Below, piece after piece: positions 50,089-64,000 of a stretch of 64,000 nt of DNA; positions within the stretch are counted from its first letter, which is position 1, and every line of letters starts with the position of its first letter. The stretch lies in assembly GCA_965153455.1 (NCBI GenBank), contig OZ234493.1, positions 28,944,213 to 29,008,212 of the forward strand, read 5' to 3'. The notes beneath the pieces are model-generated. The model did no database searches, had not been told where the DNA came from, and worked only from the letters and a program-made list of their open reading frames with translations. The stretch comes from Sphagnum compactum. Lineage: Eukaryota. The position numbers and the translations under genes are program-made.

Positions 50089-53000
50089 CAATTGATGCCA
50101 AGTGGCAACATCGCCACAACGTCTCCATCCCTAAGCCCTAAATCGCCTGTCTCTCTCCCTTAGCAACAAGGCTTTCGCCACTTCTATCGCCATCACTAGC
50201 AACTTTTCACCATACAAACTACAACTTGCAAAGCTCCATCGACAACAATGGCAATGCAACTACAATAACAAATTGCCAACAGTAATTTTACTAATAAATT
50301 TTTAGGGTTACATGAATTTTGGGCATCCATATTTTAGAAAATGGGCGGTTGTAACTTGTATTAGTGATTTGGTAGAAATCAAGAATGTCGTAATCTATAT
50401 GTACTGCAATGCAATCAATGTGCATTAGTTATTTTTGTTAAAGTTTTCGGTAGGTTGATGGATTTTGAGAGCTTGTGGTTGTTAGTGGTGGATATAGCGT
50501 ATGAGGCTTGACCAATGGATTTATGATAATGGGGTTGTTGGCCTCAAGTGTAGCCGTTTGATGTAATTGTGAAAGGCCAAGCATGTTGCAAGACTCATAA
50601 TTTTGACTTAGGTTCTCGTTCAACCCTAATTTCGAGTGTGTTCACTATGCACAGAAAATGGAGGTATGTCATTAGGCAATGGTCACTACTATTTTTGCTT
50701 TGAAATTTCGATTTTATATGAGAGTGGCAAGAGATTGAAGTTGCATCCAAATTCTTGGTTCTGAGTTTTGAATCTTGATCCAATATTCATTATTTGATTT
50801 CTGCAGGTAGATGTGGAGTTCGGACTCTGAATTGTGGTTTTGAATTTAGAAATTAAGGTTTGTCATTTCTCTTTAATCTCCAAGCTTTTGATTGCATCCA
50901 AATTCCAGAGTCTGTAGTTTTTGGTTTTGATTCCTATCTTCAAAACATTTTTCGATCAATATAGGGTTCAAATTTCAAAGTTGCACTAGAGGGTTTGAAC
51001 TTCAATTTTTCAATTTTTAACTTCTTGGACCTTGGTCTTTTTTTTCAAAACCAAATTAGAGTTTGTTGTTTTTTTCAAATTATTTCATAACTCCATAGTC
51101 CAAATTCCATTTGTTATCTTTGTTGTTTTTTCGTGAATCTTATTTCAATTTTCAAACTTGGGTCAAAGTCCAATTTTAACATTCATGGCCCCTCCATAAA
51201 TCCCTAAAAATCTCAAATTCAAGCCCATCTTCCCCCTTTCTTCACTGGCCCCTCAAGATGAGTGACGCGCTCCCAAGTCCCTTGTTGAACCCACTTGAGG
51301 GTCCAACTATGTAGAGTTGTGGAAAGTTGGGACTTGAGGGCCGCTCCCGACTTCCAGCACTAAAGAGGGGTAGAGGGGCGTGCTAGAAGTCCCGGGATTA
51401 GACTAGGAAGAGGACAAGCGTTTCACCTACTCAAATCTGCATCAAAACCAACCCCAAGTTGGTTGGAACTCATTCTGCACCCTTTTGGTGTTAGGATAAG
51501 CCACGGGCTAACTTGAACTCACTTGACTCACCACGGCCCGGACTCGGGGGAAGCCACCACCTTCCCCCATATAGTATACTCTGCGTCTCACCGCGGAGGC
51601 TACATCCGAATGGCTCTTTTTCCCGGGACTCCCAAGTTGGAGTCCCGAAACTGTCCCCGGGTTGGAGTCCCAGAACTTTGGGAGCTCATATCTCCCGGCT
51701 CCGACCTCCGATTGGAGTGAGGTCTGAACCAAAGTTGTAGCTCTCTTCAAGAGCTTTCCAACGCCATGTCGCACTCCTTCAGGCAACGTCGGGAAAGGGT
51801 CGATTCCCGACTTTTAGTGGTCAGGAGTCAAAGTTCCAGTTTGACTCCCGGCCCTTCTTTTGCCCATAACTTGGGCTACAAATGTCCAAATTGCCAATGT
51901 GAGGGCATTTTAGACATCTACACTTCAAGACCTTTCCATTGATATAAAGAACACCTCAAGGCGAGGTGTTTTGACCCCCTGTAATTGCTTTTGAGTTTTC
52001 AGGAGTCCCGGAGGACTCCAACTTCCCACTTTTGGGAGTGTGAGCTTCACCCTCACACTTAGCCCAAAGTGGGGTTGCGACAATGAGGCTAGTGTTGCAA
52101 CTCCCCCCAAGCCCCTGCCATCTATTAGTTGTGTGGTTGTGTCACATGATGATGATAGAAGCAAAAATGTTGTTGTTGATTCAACTAGAACAGCTCTAGA
52201 TGGGGTGAAAAGGAAATTGTATGAACATGCACAGAAGTTTCAAGACACTTGGACCACTTGGTTGCCATGGGCAAAGTCGGTCTTTGATGACAAGGGTCAA
52301 ATCCATCAAGTTTGTTGTATCGTGTGTACCTTTATGGAAGGCAAAGAAAAACTGTTGGCCCCCAAATCGGACACTTTCTTGAAACACCAAAGTCGTCGCA
52401 AGGTTAAGGAATATAGGCCTGGGGCTGATGCATGTGGCTTTTTCTTCAACAAAGATTCCGTCCATGTGAAGAATGAAAGATGTTACACTATTACCAATTG
52501 CCCTTTTGTCTTAGACCGCTTGCAAGTTGATGATCTATCTAAGGAAAGATGGAAATACGTCCAATTTGTTGTTGTCTGTCATCTTTTTGCAAATGGTTGT
52601 CTAATGATTGATTGTGAAAGCTTGAGAGACTTGTTTCAGCTATTGAAAGTGAAATTTATTTTTTGAAAACATTGGACTAATGGGTCTGACTAGGGGATGG
52701 CAGAAGTCATGCACAAGGTTTTGTTGGAAGCCATTAAAGTGGCATTCATAGTTGCTTCCTTTATCGTGGTCAATGCAGACAAGGTTGTTGCAATTGACAA
52801 CACCAAGTGGTTGTTAATCCATTTATACATGGTGTAGTAGTGGAGGAGGAAACCCATTCTCCTTTGCGTGGAAATTATCGATATGTTTGCCACTTTCAAC
52901 AACATATTTGTTCTTATGTTGAAATGTTTGCTTGAATTTGGGGGATTAGGGTTGGAGGAGCTTTGTGAGAAGCTGGTCAGCATTGGCTACGATGATAGTA

Positions 53001-53965
53001 GTGTGTTCCGAGGCCACAAGATGGGGGTAATCTAGCAATTTAAAAAGAAGGTTGCTCCTTTTGTTACTGGGGTGCATTGTTTTTTTCACAAGACAAACCC
53101 CGTTGTGATCATTCTATCGGATGTCCCTTTTGTACATCAGCTTGAGCTTCTCCTATAAAGTTTGTATGCTTTTTTTGCACATAGTTTGAAGAAATTTGCA
53201 AAATTTCAAAAGTTGGCTGATTTCCTCCAAACCAAGGGGAATAAGCCTCTTTGAAATGTAAAGACTCGTTGGATCTCCTTGTTATTTCCAGTTGAATGGG
53301 TATACTCAGAATTTTGTCCTCTCATTGTTAAAATGCATGAAGAGAACCAACGGAATGATGTTGCTGGAAAGAACCTAAAATTATTGTGTGACATGGAGGT
53401 CATTCTAGGGTTGCCATATATCCTCCCTTTGCTCGAATGTGTTCATGTTTTGATCCAGGTTGCAAAAGGCAGAGATGTTTTTGTTTGTGACTTTGTGGAA
53501 ACTCTGAAGGGGGCCCAACAAGAGCTTTACCAGCTGTATTGTGACCCATACACCAAATTTGAAGACCCAACTTTTGATGATTTCAATGCTATTGAAACCC
53601 TTACCAATTCCAATCTCCCAATGGAATGGTTTTTTGATCTCAACAGCGGAGAGGATTATTTGCCATTTTCTTTTGTTAGCCACAAGTATATTATATACTA
53701 CAACAATGATGATGGTGCTGGTGATCCTCAACCTATCACCAGAATTGCATTCAGTCAAACATTCAATAAGATGAAAGATGAGTGCAAAAGTGTAGCCTCA
53801 GGCTTGGTGTTTAAACTAAAAAAGTGAGTCCTAGAGCATGAGATGATGATTGTTTTGGGTGTTGTCTACCCCCAGTTTTGGGCTACAAATATTCTAGAGG
53901 TTGAGAGCAGTTTTTACTCGCACTTAAATGTCCTTAAGGCAACTTTTTGTGTGTTTCGTGTAATT
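50089..53965 (+). mobile_element. hAT-superfamily (ZNF862-like) DNA transposon, decayed and 3'-truncated
   Basis: Transposase ~51185-53965: WLPWAKSV..C.VC..LLAPKSDTFLKHQ, KHW...MAEVMH, NADKV..IDNTKWL, GYDDSSVFRG..GV, GVHCFFHKTN, NVKTRWISL. Possible left end CAATTGATGCCAAGTGGC (uncertain). Confidence 0.82.
51263..52082 (-). mobile_element. Solo LTR (820 bp), same family as 41101-41920, opposite orientation, inserted in the hAT transposase ORF
   Basis: TGACGCGC...GGTTGCGACA with ATGAG TSD (51258-51262, 52083-52087). Confidence 0.92.
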
Positions 53966-55019
53966 GGTCAACAATATTATGTAATTCACAATTATATTCT
54001 CACTTAACTAAATGAAAAATTCCACCTCACCTTTGAGAACTTTCTACTCCTACTAAAATTGGGTTTTTCATATGCACAACTACAAAATTGCAAAGAATCT
54101 TCCTCCTACTATTGTCGTCATCATGGAAACTACTTACAACAAGCAGTTGGTTCTTTTTTGAAAGTGGGTGCATGGGCAGGTTTCTTTTATTTTCTAGAAT
54201 TTGAGAAATAACCATCCAATTGCAACAAACAATCAACTAGACCTTGAAAAAGGAATGGAAAGTGGGTGGAGATTCAAATGGGTTGGTTTCACAAAAGTTT
54301 AAACTTTTTAAAAAAATGTAAAACAAATTAGTGTTGAAGTAGCTTTGTGATTGCATCTCACACAAGATCCACCCAAAGAAAATGTGATCATCCTTTCACC
54401 AATAGATTCACTATAAGAAATTAATGATTTTTTAAAACTCTTATCATACTTTTTGTCATGCCCTAAAAGGGTTCATCAAAGCTTTGCCAAAATGCACATA
54501 GAAAGTTACTCATAAAATTGGCCCCCTTCATTCTCTCCAAAATGTTCAATTTGTGACACAACAAGAAAAACCCTTCATGAAACAAAAAAAAAAACTCATT
54601 ACACTCATTACAAAACTCACAATGCAAGACCAAATTCAAACAATCTTGAATTAAGGAGCAGAAAGAAATTTCATTGTCACTTTTTCCTTTTGACAAATTG
54701 ACATCATGCATTTTTGTGTTCATAACCCCTTTCACCCAAACTTGGAGACTATAACCTACAATTTTCAAAACTTTATGGATAACTTTAATATAATCTATGC
54801 ATATTTTCTTATAGGCCCAACAAGTGACACCTGGATTAAAACATCAAAATGATGAGCTTCATGAGGAGATGTTCTTCATTTGATAAGAATATTTGGTAAA
54901 GAGTTGTTTTTTATCAAATTATGTGAAGTTTTATTTAAGAAGTTCCTTTCACATTGAAGGATTGAGGGAAAAAAATGTTAGCCCTTCGCTAGAAGGACTA
55001 GGGTAGAGAGTCTAGTCAT

Positions 55020-55570
55020 AGTACACTTAAGGTAGGGTTTCTTGTTGTTTTTGCAAGACGGCCCCATTGTTTATGGTGTCCAAAGAGTAGATGGAGCCTT
55101 TCTCTTTGTGCATCTATTGCACTAAATCGACAAAAATGGATTAGAGGCGAGAAAGTTACGGCCCCCTGAAGTAAGGGGAGTCGTTTTTATAGAAAAATTC
55201 TCGATCAAACAATTCATAGCCTATTTTTTAACCCTTCAAAAAATCCTTAAATATTACTCTGTTGCCTTTAGAGTTAGAAGATGATTTGTAGAGCTTAAGG
55301 TGGCGATTTTAGAGCAATTTAAATCGCTCAATTTGAACCAAAAATGAGAAAGTTATGCATTGATGAAGTAGGAGGGGTCAAAATGAAAAAAAAAAGAAAA
55401 AAAAAAGTGTTTTACAATATGAAAAAACCTATTTTCTTTACTGCCCATTTTTGGCTGCTCCTTGGGCTTTGCATTTCGAAGATGATTTGTAACCTTGACA
55501 AAGGCGCTCCTTTAACATTTTAAATCACTCCAAATGGAAAAGAATTGAGAAAGATCTGCCAAAGTGTTCG
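55020..55570. repeat. Dispersed repeat with an internal ~80-bp duplication
   Basis: GAAGATGATTTGTA...TTTAAATC.CTC.A.T.GA...TGAGAAAG at ~55278 and ~55478. Confidence 0.4.
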
Positions 55571-56939
55571 GTCATAGGCTAGTGTTCAATGACGGGCCAG
55601 TGTACCCGATATGCAATTGAAGGCATCAAATGTAAAGGCCTGATGGGAACCAATTTGTAACGGACAGTTAAAGGACAGTTGTACTTAACTGACGACGAGT
55701 CCTCTGTAGGGCTTTTGTTTTATTTTATTTTTATAATAATTCATAAATCAAATTCTTCTTGCATTCCAATTATTGACCCACGTTGCACGGTAACTTCCCT
55801 CCCAGCATTTCTCACCATTTTAATTAGACCTGCCATAAATGGAAATGTGGCAGATCCAATTTATAGCTGCTTCTTTTATTGTGAAACTTAGGCCTTTTGC
55901 CATTCAACACGTGTCTAAGTCTAGACTAGTGTGGTCTAACTATCTAGTTCTAGGTCTAACTAGATGGTTAGCCTAGGTCTAATCAAGTGGTACCACCAAG
56001 TATTCCCAATACAAGACAAGCACATAAAGGTTCAGCTCTTTTTTATGGCAAGTTCCAACAAAATCATGAAAAGTGATCTAACTATGGTTAGATAATTTCA
56101 CTCCATCATGAATTTGATTCAAAGAAAAAGTAGCCTATCAAATACAACTAGGTCTCACACATGGGTTTCAAGTTCAAGTCAAAACTTGACCCCCAAAATC
56201 CTAAGTACACTCATGCAAAACTCTCTTCCCCTGAGTCCACATAGCAAAAAAATTTAAAAAGATATTAGAGTTTTCCCGTATAGTCAGGAAAACACGGCAC
56301 CAGTACCCTGAGTTTGGTCCAAAACCGGCGGGTGAGATTCAAAAAAAATCTGCAAAAAAGTACATTAGCTTTCAACCGGGGGTCAAACTCAGAAATGCAC
56401 TACTTCTTGTGCCAAACTGAGTTTCATCCTGTTTTGACCCCATCTTTCCTTTTTATTTGGAACGCCTCCACTGCTGCTACATATATTTTCACTGCTCCTA
56501 CATGTACAACTACTATAATTACCTCGAACCTTGTGCATTAAATGCTAAGTTTCAGCATTTCATACCTAGATTTGATAAAACTTCATTACTTTGTGTACCT
56601 GATTCAAAGAGGGGATAGGGGGTGAAAAGAGGCCCAAAGACACGGTGAAGACGGAATGACTTTAAGGAAAACTCTATAAATCTTTTAAATTATTACCCTG
56701 GATTAAATCTTTTCAGGGCAGACCCAGATTCTTTTTTTAAAATAAAAATTAAATTCATTAAAATTTTGCACTACCCCTGGATGGGTGGTGATAATCTTTC
56801 AGGAAACCAGTTTACAAACATTAGGATAAAATTTTAATAATCAACTAGAATAATCTGTTGGCCTCAATTAGGGTTACTAGTTTTAAATGACAAGCAGGTA
56901 CATCAGGAGTGTTAGTACTAACAAAGGTCTCACAAAAAT

Positions 56940-58080
56940 CCCAAAAAATGATCGATGGTCAAAACCATCATAGGGAGACAAAAAGGGAGGGGCAAAGAAA
57001 GGCCAAGAGATGTACAACCCCTAGAACCAAAAAAAGGGAGAGAGCTAGTCCCTCTCGTGGTAGGAAGCTATCTCACCCACGGTCCCTCATATGTTGCCAA
57101 CATGCAAATCATGCAATCTAATAATAATGGGAGGTTTAGAACAAGCATCACCCGCCAACGCAATTTTCCTCTCTATAATAGAGGCTAAAGCACATTGAAG
57201 AACAATACTAACACGTTGTTTGAAAAATTGAATGCAAAAAGACAAGAATAAATGACCTCTCAATCATCTATCGTGAAAAAGATGGGCATACACCATGATG
57301 AAATGATCCATATCACATTCGGGTGCATCATGCACCTCCATGGCCATCGAATAAAGTGGTGCCCCTCATGAAGCCCTCTATATTCGCAAATCTTAGCAAT
57401 GGCACTAAATTTCACAATTGCACCTGCTAGTCAACTAATGACATTCAAAGCCCACTGTCTCCCGTGTCAGGTCAGTAACCACCACATTAGCAATGAAGAC
57501 TTAGTCCTCTCGGGTCATATAATGATCGATTCGTAATGAAACTCCTAATGTAAAGGCGTACCACTGCTTTTTCCATACAGTGTGTTCATTTTCTCAAGCA
57601 AGGGCATACATGACATCTCGGATGGCATCATGTGTGGCTATCCACTAACCTCCAAACGAGCAACAAGCTAAGTACGTGCTAGATGCGTCCAACTCGTGTC
57701 CACGATCACATGTGAGAAAAGTAAATGTCGAGGGTTGAATCAAACTGAAACGAAAACACAACGCTAAAATGAAAGTAAAGTGAATGTGCAATGTGAAACA
57801 AATGAATAGATGGCCGAACAACCAACCATAGCCCTACCCCCTAGCCCGAATAAAAACAAATGCAGGTTCTAGATAGTGAAGCAATGGAGTCATCTTTTTA
57901 AATAGACCTAAAGGATGTGTCATGGTGGATGTCCATCAAATATGCATGTAAACCTGAGGCACTAATAACTGCTAGACTCTAAAAAAAAGGTGCATTTCTC
58001 TAGCTGCAAGAGGAAAGCCATTTCATGTTGCACGTAAGCATGATTGAAGCAGGTGTGGGCCCCCTTAACTTGAAAAACAT
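56940..58080 (-). mobile_element. 5'-truncated CRE-like non-LTR retrotransposon tail with restriction-like endonuclease (RLE)
   Basis: GVGLWLVVRPS...LALCFRFSL, C.RGHELD...YLACCSFGG..IATHDAIRD, LRID, FIANVVVTD, AKICEYRG...HHFI.MAMEVH, QRVSIVLQ; stop at 57047-57045. Confidence 0.78.
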
Positions 58081-58494
58081 ATTCCTCCAAAATGGGTCTA
58101 TCGAAAAGTTACTATTAACAAAATAGTAATTAGTAACCAACACCCCTATGAGACATGTTGTTGAATATTCTTTATAATTAGTGTCCAGGTTTGAAAAAAA
58201 AATTAATTATGAAATTTCAAATATCTTTTGACTTTCCACACTTTTTCAAATGATATTTCATGAAAGTATATGAATAGGGTATACCATGGTAGATAGAGTA
58301 AATGGGTATATGTTTGTAATTATTGGATATATTTGTATTTACTAATATTTATTAATTGTTATACGAGTCATTTCTTATTATATTATCATGGGTAAAAAGA
58401 AATATATAAAAGGTAGGTGTTTCAAAACATGAACATTCACCTTTTTTTCCTAGAAAAGAAATGTTCATAACTAGTTGATAATATTTTAATGTGA

Positions 58495-58652
58495 TTGACA
58501 AGGACTCCCAGTTCCTAATGTAATAACTTCAACTACTCAACAAAGACCTATTTAATGCTAACCAAGGACTAATGGATGCTTGACAAGGACTCCCAATTGC
58601 TTGTACAATAACCTAAACCCACTTGACAAGGACTTGCAATGCTAACCAAAAT
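58495..58652. repeat. Imperfect tandem repeat (TTGACAAGGACT-based); related copies at ~59395-59700
   Basis: TTGACAAGGACT occurs three times, with ATGCTAACCAA twice. Confidence 0.6.
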
Positions 58653-61600
58653 CCCAAGAAAGTTGGACCCAATTTAAGAAAAAAATTCCATCTGCTTATA
58701 CATTGGTTTACTTGATTGGACTAGTGGGCTATGTGTTCCCCACCTATGAACACATTCATGAAAAATAATGAACACCCAAAAACATATAATATGCATTACG
58801 TTTTGATTCTTGAACCCTTATTGACCCAATTCATGACTTTGTTTTTCTAAGTGTCCTTACATTTACACATTAAATATTTTTTCCTATTTACTTAATACAT
58901 GCACAAGGGAATGATCCAAACTAGTCATTAAAACAACAAATGGTGAAAATAGTTATCATTTGTGTTCTTGACATCAATGGCCCTTTGGGGCTTCATGATC
59001 TTGATTTCAAAAATTCATAATTAAATCAAAATTGATTCAATCAATTATCTATAAAAGACATCAAGTAGGTTGGAATTTGAAGTATTTTTGAAAATTAACA
59101 TCCAAAAAAAATTCCCAAAAATTAGATTCCTTTTGTGTTCTTAATAAAAAAAATCCTTTGTGTGACATTCTTGAAACTTTTTCCTTATGCATTCATTTTC
59201 CACATCAAAACACATTTTTTTGTAAATTTAATTAGAGTTTTGATTTCTACATGACTTGGGTAACCTTTTGATAAATAATTTGGAATAAATTTTTTTCTTT
59301 ATGTGAGTTCTACGTTGTCCTGAAGTTGAATGGGTCACAAAAATTTGGGGTGTGACATTCCTAGTGGTACCACCCAAGGATAAGTTTGCCAATGGGTGTT
59401 GGACAAGGACTCTTGGTTGCTATCCAAATATCTAATCTAATTACAAGGACCTATAATACTAGTTTAGTTTATTATTGAGTGTTTGATAAAGACTACCTAA
59501 TTAGTTGAATGAATTAGAAAGACCTTTAATGTTAGACAAAAGGACTTACTAGGCGCTTAATAAAGACTAACAATCGTTTGCCCACCAATCTCAACTACTT
59601 GACCTCTTGATGTTATCATCTATATATGAAATCCAAGGATGTGTGGCTACTAAACTACAAGGACCCTTATCCTAATGAAAGGTTTTACAATTGCTTGACA
59701 ATTACACATTTCACTTATCCAAGTGAATAGCTAGGTTCAAATATGCACATTTACCTAGGACCAACATATGTAACACAACTTAACATGTAAAAAACCTTTA
59801 TTTGCAAAAATTAGCTCAAAGCTATGGGCATACCTTGCTTGTGGGTATTGAACAACAAAATGATGAGCTTCATCCCGTTCATGTTTGAACTCGATGCACT
59901 AGAAAGTGGGCATGTGGTAGTGAAAAAATTTAAACCACTGAATCAAAAGGAGGGGTTTGCTTTTGTCAAGGAACGCCTTTGGCTCATTTGATTGTGATTG
60001 CACCCCTTTAACATTTGGGTAAATCTAACCTTAATTTTCATATCTAAATACTAATTGTACAAATAAAAGAAAAAAGGTGCATCAAAATAAATTACCATTG
60101 GTAGGGACACCAAGAAAGATTCTAGGGACATCATTAGCCTAGGGATATCCTTTTAGCAATTAGGTACGAGGGGATAAATAAAAGCACTTTTTCCATCAAT
60201 CTTCCAAGAATGAAAAAATCAAATCAAAATCATGGATTGTTAATAAGTAATGGACTTTTGAATTTTGCCACACTTTTTGTCACACCTACAAAACTTATGG
60301 ATATGACCTTTTATCTTACAATGTGTTAGTCTTATGTGTTTGAAACTTTGGGATATTGAATGAATTATGTTTAAAAACCTAAAGATCCATTGAATGAATG
60401 GAACATGATTTTAATTTATTGTGTTATGGATTTTTTTAATCCCAAAAATTGTAATTCTTTTAAAAGCCCTTTTAAGAATTTAAAAATAATTATTAAAAAA
60501 TTCTCTTGTGATATTTTTTATATGTCTTATAACATCATGATTTGAAATTGGAAATGGAAAAAAATGTTATTTTCAAGGTCAAAACATGTAACTAGGAGCC
60601 AAAAAAAATGTTAGGACCTTACGATTTCAAAAAGGTTTTGGGTTCAAACCAATCTTGTGCATGTTTATTATTTTTGATATATCATTGTGAAAGGGTATAT
60701 ATATTAAATTAATTTACCCATTGAGTTAAAGTATATTAGTGCATTCAAAATTTTCATTAGTTTAAGTACCCTCCTATCATATACCCTCTTATCATATATC
60801 CCTTTTAGAGTAAAAATTGGGCATTTATTTAATTTATTTAATTAAAAATGATGGAAATTTCCTCATTTTGAAAATTTAAAAAATCAAATGTCATATCCAA
60901 TGTCAAAATGCAACAATCAAAGTGTTTGATTCATTCTTGACTAGGATAAACATGCCCATGAATGAACATTTAATATATCAAAATACAATGGTGTCATGAT
61001 TAGTATTTGATTAGTGATGGAGTCTAAAAATAATTTGTAACTTAATTTTGGGTGTTCTAGTAAGCTTTTGGATCATCTAATTCCAATAAATAGCATGAAA
61101 GTTATGGCTAATTAAAATAGGGGGCTTTTCCACTTCAAATATATCTTTACCACACACTTACCACTCCTTTGAATATCTAATATGTGATAAGAATGCATTT
61201 GGAAGGCCCTCCTTTTAATTAATAAAACAAAAAAAAATTTAAGATTAAATCAGTTACCTTTTAAAACTTGGGTATGAATATTTTTTACATGTATTCAAAG
61301 TCATGAATAGGATATACATGTTCAAATTGACATATCTTCGAATATGTGCTTCATTAAAGTATGTTGGTTTGAAATAAATAAGTTAAGGTAAACAATACAT
61401 TTATTTGTATTCAGTGGATATATATGGGTAAAAGATATAAACACACAACATTGGTTCAAACCCATTCTTGTGTAGGTGAAAAAACCTTACTAGGCCTCTA
61501 CCATTAAACTTGCTCTAGGGGTTTCAATGGTTTGTTGGTCAAGTGTGTTATTGTGCTTCCCAAAGAAGAAATTTAGAAAAAAAAAAAAAACAACAACCAC

Positions 61601-62978
61601 AACAATAGTGTTACATTGCCCCATAATTTAGAGTACATTACAAATTAATTACCAGTGACAATTCTTGTCGACCTTGAAACTTGTCATTTAACAAAACAAC
61701 AACCACTTGTTAATTGACATTTGATCAAAACAATCCCAATACAAAAGTGTGAGAGCATGTTGAAGAATCACTATGGCTTGTGGATCTGGAGTGTGTAATC
61801 ACAATCAAACAAATCAAAAAATTTGTCGAATGATCGAAAACTATCAATTTTGTCATAAATATTTATGTAATGCCATTTTAATGTCATGTTGATTAAGAAA
61901 ATTTGTGCTAAATGATTTATATAAGTGTTGAAGATTTTTTTTAAATTATTTAATTTAATAAATTGAGTTTTGGTTTTAGTAAAAGACATTTGAACTTTCA
62001 TTCCATAATTTTTTTATAGAAAGACTAGGTTAAAAAAAAATTTAATAAATAAATTTTGATGGGAAAAAAATTGAAATGATGATAACCTACCATCCGCATT
62101 CAAAAAACACTCATAATTCAAAAATTGTGATACTTGAAAATTTTAAAAATTCAAAATATAATTTTAGAATGTTTAAATTTCAAGAGTTATTTGTCAAATG
62201 TAAATGGGTCACAATGTGTATGACATATGAACAAAGTTGTGGCTTATGACACAAAAAATTAAAGTTTAAAATAGTTAGCATATTTTAGCATGATTTGAAA
62301 TTATGATCATTTTTCAAGAAAAAACATAGAATCTATACATTTTAAAACAATTCTTATTATTAAAAAAACACACACACAAACCATGTAATTCATTGGGGTA
62401 ATTAAAAATATTTTAAAAAACATATTGCAATCCTTCAAAAAATCTTTTCTATGAAAAAATCGAAATGACTAGAAGGGCCCATTTGTGGTTAAATCCTTTG
62501 TCACCATTGGCTCATTTGATTGTGATTACTACTTAAAGGGCTATCGGCACATGTTGTTGATAATAAGAAATAAGCATCATGGGAATTAAAGAAGATTGCA
62601 AATGATGGGCTATAATGACCTAAACACAAGAAATAAAAAAAGAATCGAAACACAAATGAAGACAACCATAAATCTTTATGGCAAGAGGAATGAAGTTGTT
62701 TCCTAATGTGTGGTCTCAATATAATTGTGTCTTTTCCTGAATGGCCACAATTTCATTGCATGTGTTGTCATGGATGATGCACATTGTACCAAATATGAGT
62801 GGAGCGAATTAGCTCTAACATTGTCCGTTAAGGTCCAAAAGCCATTTCTAGTGATCAAATTTTTTATTATTTTGACAATTTTTCAAATCCTATCACCATT
62901 AATGCTAAATCATTTGTGAGATTATCATCAGTCATGTTAAATTTGTTTTGTAATGATGGCCACCCATGTTTCATTAAA

Positions 62979-62981
<3 letters not shown>

Positions 62982-63010
<29 letters not shown>
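62982..63010. repeat. (CA)n microsatellite
   Basis: Direct reading. Confidence 0.9.
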
Positions 63011-63539
63011 TTGGTTTTGATTATTGGTCTTGTTTTAGATGTGGTTCTTACTTTTTTTATGCTTATAGGCGGAGTTTGCAACATTAGGACTTTTCATTTA
63101 GCCAATGAAGTGTGTCGCTTAGTCTCCATAAAGTTTAGACCTATCCATATTACTTCCGCTAGGGTTTCTTACATTTGACAAGGGTTTTTGTATTTTAAGT
63201 GCACTCGTGGGTTCTATGCCATTTATGGAATCATAACTAGTAGAAAAATCTAGGTAAACTTCCTCTAATATGATTAGATGAAACCTTGGTACCCTAAACC
63301 TCATGTCATAGCATAAGTGGCAAATTGGAGGTATACACTCTTGTTGTGGTGCGAAAAGGTGAAGAGCTTTCGACTCTGGACCTTTTTAAAGAATTGGAAT
63401 TTTAAAGAATGAAATAGTTACTAGTCACATTTTCAAAATGTGTTTGAAGTAGTTGGTGTTTGTGGTAGGTGGTTTCAATTCTTCAAATTAGTGACTTTTG
63501 AAATGCAACAAAGTTTTTCCACTTCAACAAAAAGAGAAT

Positions 63540-63650
63540 GAGAAAGAAAAAAAAAAAAAGATTAGGGTTTTCAGTAAGAAATAAAGAAAGAAAGAAAGAT
63601 TAGGGTTTTCAATGGAAGAGAGAGAGAGAGAGAGAGAGTTAGGGTTTCCA
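63540..63650. repeat. Purine-rich/(GA)n tract with three TTAGGGTTT telo-box motifs
   Basis: GATTAGGGTTTT at ~63560 and ~63598, GTTAGGGTTT at ~63638, (GA)n between them. Confidence 0.7.
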
Positions 63651-64000
63651 ACAACTCCTGGTGAGTCCCAATGCAATCTTTGTAGAGGACGAGGAAGGTG
63701 AAAGTGTGTCCTATGGGAATAAAAAAAATTTAAAAAAAAAGTCTAAGGGGGGATCAGGGAGGAGTGATCAATGGCAAATGGATGAGAGGAAGAAGAAAAG
63801 AGGGTGGGTGGGAGGAAAGGGAAGAAAATAGGAGGGAAAGAAGGGGAGGGCAAAAGTCTAGTGTTTCAATGTTGTTGCACATACACTACTCCTATTGACT
63901 GGCACAACTTTCTCATGTTTAACTAACTCATTATGAAAGGGTATAATTCCTATTATTGCACCTTTGATAATAATAGGGCAAGACAAGCATGGCCGAAGGT

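Noticed and set aside
59330-59380. LTR end GGGTGTGACA plus possible PBS
   Set aside because: No matching LTR start, TSD or gag/pol sequence identified.
63540-63650. Interstitial telomere
   Set aside because: Only three isolated TTAGGG motifs, not a tandem array.

Overview
AT-rich, repeat-dense eukaryotic DNA from a land plant. The gene and TE content suggests a bryophyte, possibly Sphagnum-like; this is inference and was not tested. Only one clearly intact gene is visible: an intronless UTP11 (16195-16872, -). There are two spliced pseudogenes: a CLV1/BAM-type LRR receptor kinase (~11.25-15.69 kb, +) and an unidentified multi-exon gene (~27.0-30.3 kb, -). The rest is nested, decayed mobile DNA. 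(1) The 3' half of a Ty3/gypsy element whose integrase ends in a PHD finger and whose right end has an unusual PPT-B-A-B repeat layout, inserted into an L1-like LINE. (2) A ~14.3 kb Helentron-type rolling-circle element (32.2-46.5 kb, -) with candidate termini at both ends, carrying an intron-containing three-OB-fold RPA70-like gene, an OTU protease, Rep/Pif1 helicase and a C-terminal AP endonuclease. (3) Two 820-bp solo LTRs with 5-bp TSDs. (4) A hAT transposase, a CRE-like RLE retroposon tail, Copia and CACTA remnants, and Tourist-like MITEs. All peptides were translated by eye and family assignments rest on motif recognition, not database searches.
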